64,000 bases of DNA from Kofleriaceae bacterium (GTDB lineage: Bacteria > Myxococcota_A > Polyangia > Haliangiales > Haliangiaceae), in NCBI GenBank assembly GCA_965215005.1, contig CBDCCZ010000018.1:192001-256000 (forward strand). Reading direction: 5' to 3'. Numbering within the stretch: position 1 is the first letter of the stretch; every line of letters begins with the position of its first letter. The notes beneath the pieces are model-generated. The model worked only from the letters and a program-made list of their open reading frames with translations, was not told the DNA's origin and searched no databases. Positions 61,134 to 64,000 of this stretch are shown here, piece by piece. Position numbers and translations under genes: made by a program.

Positions 61134-62984
61134 TTACTGCGGCGTCTGACCCGGATTAAGGGCGCCAAAGGTGGAGTCGCCCTGGGTCCAGTCGCTCGAG
61201 TCGTTCGCGTCGGTGTCGCTTAGCCGCTGCAGCGAGGGTCCCGTCGATTCGGCTGGCGCGGCATTGTTGTTGTAGACCGCGTGCGGGTGGAAATCGCCAT
61301 CCACGAAGCCCATCGCTGGGACTCCGCCGCCGACCATCTGCCACTGCGCCGCCGCCGCCACCACCGCTGCCTGTGCTTCGGTGCCTGCAGCGGTATTGGG
61401 CTCGTACATCGGATCATCGACCGCTTGATCGGTCACGAAAACGGCGTCGAGAATCGCGCCAGCAGCGTCATAGAGGGTAAACACGTTGTTGGTGCGGGTG
61501 AGGCCGCTATCTGCCGACCACCAGTCGAACGCGGTGTCGTAGTTGCCAGCGTACTCCGCAGCCGGCTGGGCAGCGATGCCGTCGCGCTCGTCGACGACGC
61601 TAGCTGGGGCACACCTAGCGGTATCGAGGTGAACGACGATGAGGTCATTGGTAGCGACCTCGAAGTCGCTGAAGGTGATGAGCGTTTCGCGATCGCGTTC
61701 CTGCAGCACGACGCCGTTCATCGTGCCTCCGCTGAGCACGCGGAGCTCGATGAGGTCGCATTGGCCATTGTTCTCGCCAACGATGTTGGACTTCACCTCG
61801 TTGATGCGCACAGCGGCCACCGCGGTGTAGCCCGCAAAGGTAGCGGTGTTGGCGTCAGCTGCCACGGGCTCGCCATCGCGATCGGTCACGGTGTCGGCCA
61901 CGGTAACGGTGTAGTCGGCGGCGGTTTGCGCGGCGGTCGTGAGAACCACGGTGGTGTCATCGGCGGGGTCGAGCGCGGCGCCGGTGACGGCGAGCGCGGT
62001 GCCGCTGCTATCGATGATGCTGAAGCCAGCGGCTACGACCGAGTCAGTCGCAAGTGGCCGGCTGAAGGAGAGCCGCACCTCGGTGGCGGAGGCGGCAACC
62101 GCCGTGTTCAAGCGCGGCGAAGCGCATTGAGTGATCGTCACGTCCTCGGCGACGAACGCGGCGAGCTGCAGTCGGTCGCGGAATCGACCGACGGGCGTTG
62201 CTCGAAGTGAAAACATGCAGCCTTCGGTGAGACCGAGCTCGTCATCGAGCTCCTCGGGTACACGCAGCAAGAAATTTGCCTCACCCGTGATACCCGGGGT
62301 TTCGATCGTAGCGGCCTGAAATCCACTACCGGCGAAATCGAAGGCCGAGGTAACGGTGCCGCTCATCGTGATCAGCTCGCTCTCGTAGTCGTCGATGTTA
62401 GTCACCAGGTCGGTGGCGCTGGAGAGATCCTGCACGAGCGGCATGAGGTCGTTTGCTTCGCTGCTGCGAGCCCAGTCGGTGAGCGCCGTGGCTTGCCGCA
62501 ACCCATTGACGGTGCCCATCGAGGTAATCGTGAAGCTGACGGCATCGCCCACCGCGGGAGCTGGTGTCAACGTGGTCGGATCAATGGCGACGAAGAGCGC
62601 CGGCCCGGTTGCATCGACCTGCACGGTGAACCCGGCGACGTCACTGCCGATGCTCGGCTTTAAATAGGTTACGAAGGCGTTGACGATGGCGATAGAGAGG
62701 CCTTCGCCGTCGGCGGCCGCACGCGCAGCAGCGATGCCTTCTGCGCCGGGGTCCGTGGGATCGGTCGGGTCCGTGGGATCGGTCGGGTCCGTGGGATCGG
62801 TCGGGTCCGTGGGATCGGTCGGGTCCGTGGGATCGGTCGGGTCCGTGGGATCGGTGGGATCCGTTGGGTCCGTGGGCATCGCGTCGGGCATGTCATTGCC
62901 GGACGAGCCTTCGTCGTCGCCACAAGCGGCAGCCATCATCGCTGCCACAAACAAGAGCAGTCCAAACCATTTCAAGCGGAGCAT
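61134..62984 (-). CDS. Surface lipoprotein with PTD-repeat linker, Ig-like and lamin-tail-like domains
   Basis: Lipobox AAAC; (PTD)n; VRLSFSRPL Ig-like; VRINEV...IELRV lamin-tail-like. Confidence 0.75.
   Translation of the reverse strand: MLRLKWFGLLLFVAAMMAAACGDDEGSSGNDMPDAMPTDPTDPTDPTDPTDPTDPTDPTDPTDPTDPTDPTDPTDPTDPGAEGIAAARAAADGEGLSIAIVNAFVTYLKPSIGSDVAGFTVQVDATGPALFVAIDPTTLTPAPAVGDAVSFTITSMGTVNGLRQATALTDWARSSEANDLMPLVQDLSSATDLVTNIDDYESELITMSGTVTSAFDFAGSGFQAATIETPGITGEANFLLRVPEELDDELGLTEGCMFSLRATPVGRFRDRLQLAAFVAEDVTITQCASPRLNTAVAASATEVRLSFSRPLATDSVVAAGFSIIDSSGTALAVTGAALDPADDTTVVLTTAAQTAADYTVTVADTVTDRDGEPVAADANTATFAGYTAVAAVRINEVKSNIVGENNGQCDLIELRVLSGGTMNGVVLQERDRETLITFSDFEVATNDLIVVHLDTARCAPASVVDERDGIAAQPAAEYAGNYDTAFDWWSADSGLTRTNNVFTLYDAAGAILDAVFVTDQAVDDPMYEPNTAAGTEAQAAVVAAAAQWQMVGGGVPAMGFVDGDFHPHAVYNNNAAPAESTGPSLQRLSDTDANDSSDWTQGDSTFGALNPGQTPQ
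62749..62876. repeat. Coding tandem repeat, 18-bp unit (two 9-bp subunits), encoding about 14 Pro-Thr-Asp units
   Basis: Five perfect copies of gggtccgtgggatcggtc plus degenerate copies. Confidence 0.95.
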
Positions 62985-63267
62985 GCGCGCCTTATACACC
63001 ACTTCTGGGGCGATACCGTCTCGTCACTTCACTCGCTCGTTGCAAACGAACATAAGCGGAATTCCTTGGCATTTGCCGAACCAGCGACCAAAGCTCGGCG
63101 GCCGATGAGTCCTCCCATAACCTCCTGCGACCGAGTGAGCTGCCGATCTCTACGAACGGCATTCTTTTGTTGCAGCAGGTAGTCGATGGTCCTACTCCAG
63201 CGTTTGTAAGCAACACTTTGATTTGCAAGGAGTAACTGGAATGAACTGCAACAAACGTTCAAACGCG

Positions 63268-64000
63268 ATGAAGACTCTTTTGATGGTTGGGACCATAGGC
63301 ACGCTCGTCGGATGCGTCGATGCCGGCCCGCAAGCGCCTGCCGCGACCCAGAGCGCCGTCACTAGCGATGGCTTGGCGATGGTCAGCGGCGACTTCGACG
63401 GCGATGGCTCGCTCGACGCCGCGGTCGCCGCGATTGATTCGGACACTGGCGCTGGAGCGCTATCAATACTTGCCGGCGCGGGCAACGGCTACCGTCAACC
63501 GCGCGCTTTAACGGTTCCAGAAGCGGCACTAGCGTGCGACCAGCTGGCGCTCATCATCACCAATGGCAACACCGCGCGAGCCAACCTGAACCTCGTCTCG
63601 CCGTGCACTGGCGAGCATTGGCTGTATCGCGGCAGCGCCGATGGCCTCATGACCGATCCCCAGGCCGGAACGGAAGGCCCCGCGCTGCTCGCGGAGCTGG
63701 CCGCCCCCGAGGGCGTTGCAACGCTCGAGCAAAGCGTCCGTCAGCCGCCCGCAATCGATTGGGACGACATGACTGCGCTACAGCGGCACGTTGCGTTCTT
63801 CGATTACGACGGCGACGGCTACGTGACATTAGGCGAGGACTATCGCGGTCTCCGCGCTCTCGGGCTCGACCCCGTCAGCTCAGCAGCCTTTGCAACCATC
63901 ATCAACGGTGCGCTCGGAACCTCGACCATCGGCTACCCATCGCTCACGATCAGCATCTACGGCATCGCGGGGGCAGTGCACGGCAGCGACACCGGCATTT
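63268..64000 (+). CDS. Lipoprotein with FG-GAP-like motif and caleosin/peroxygenase domain (runs off window end)
   Basis: Manual translation: MKTLLMVGTIGTLVGC ... GDFDGDGSLD ... MTALQRHVAFFDYDGDGYVTLGEDYRGLRALG ... HGSDTGI. Confidence 0.8.
   Translation, partial: MKTLLMVGTIGTLVGCVDAGPQAPAATQSAVTSDGLAMVSGDFDGDGSLDAAVAAIDSDTGAGALSILAGAGNGYRQPRALTVPEAALACDQLALIITNGNTARANLNLVSPCTGEHWLYRGSADGLMTDPQAGTEGPALLAELAAPEGVATLEQSVRQPPAIDWDDMTALQRHVAFFDYDGDGYVTLGEDYRGLRALGLDPVSSAAFATIINGALGTSTIGYPSLTISIYGIAGAVHGSDTGI

Noticed and set aside
62749..62876. Possible CRISPR array
   Set aside because: Head-to-tail repeats with no spacers, in frame within a CDS, and no cas genes in the window

Overview
High-GC bacterial DNA, most likely from a myxobacterium (Myxococcota): it carries a MYXO-CTERM-type tail, PEGA Ser/Thr kinases, an FHA-sigma54 activator and many Cys-rich lipoproteins. 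About 50 genes are present. Housekeeping and metabolic genes include proS, minCDE, prlC, cdaA, a GH31 glucosidase and an acyl-CoA synthetase. Several genes in the first ~11 kb are frameshifted, probably by assembly error. The main discovery is a candidate uncharacterised RiPP/peptide-signal system at ~46.4-59.1 kb. It comprises two divergent double-glycine-leader precursor peptides (one with a 34% Pro core), a JmjC/Cupin_4 Fe(II)/2OG oxygenase 3 nt downstream of the Pro-rich precursor, a C39-peptidase ABC exporter with two HlyD-type adaptors (one GAF-fused), a kinase-AAA-TPR protein and an FHA-sigma54 activator. The export operon and both precursor genes share one promoter architecture: a sigma54 -24/-12 box preceded 51-53 nt upstream by tandem GT(T/C)GC-N6-GC(A/G)AC-like boxes. 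Other notable items are a caleosin/peroxygenase-like lipoprotein truncated by the right edge, a complete minCDE operon, a G1P-dehydrogenase/TIM-barrel gene pair, and recurrent apparently leaderless sigma54 and sigma70 promoters. All calls come from reading motifs by eye; no database searches were run.
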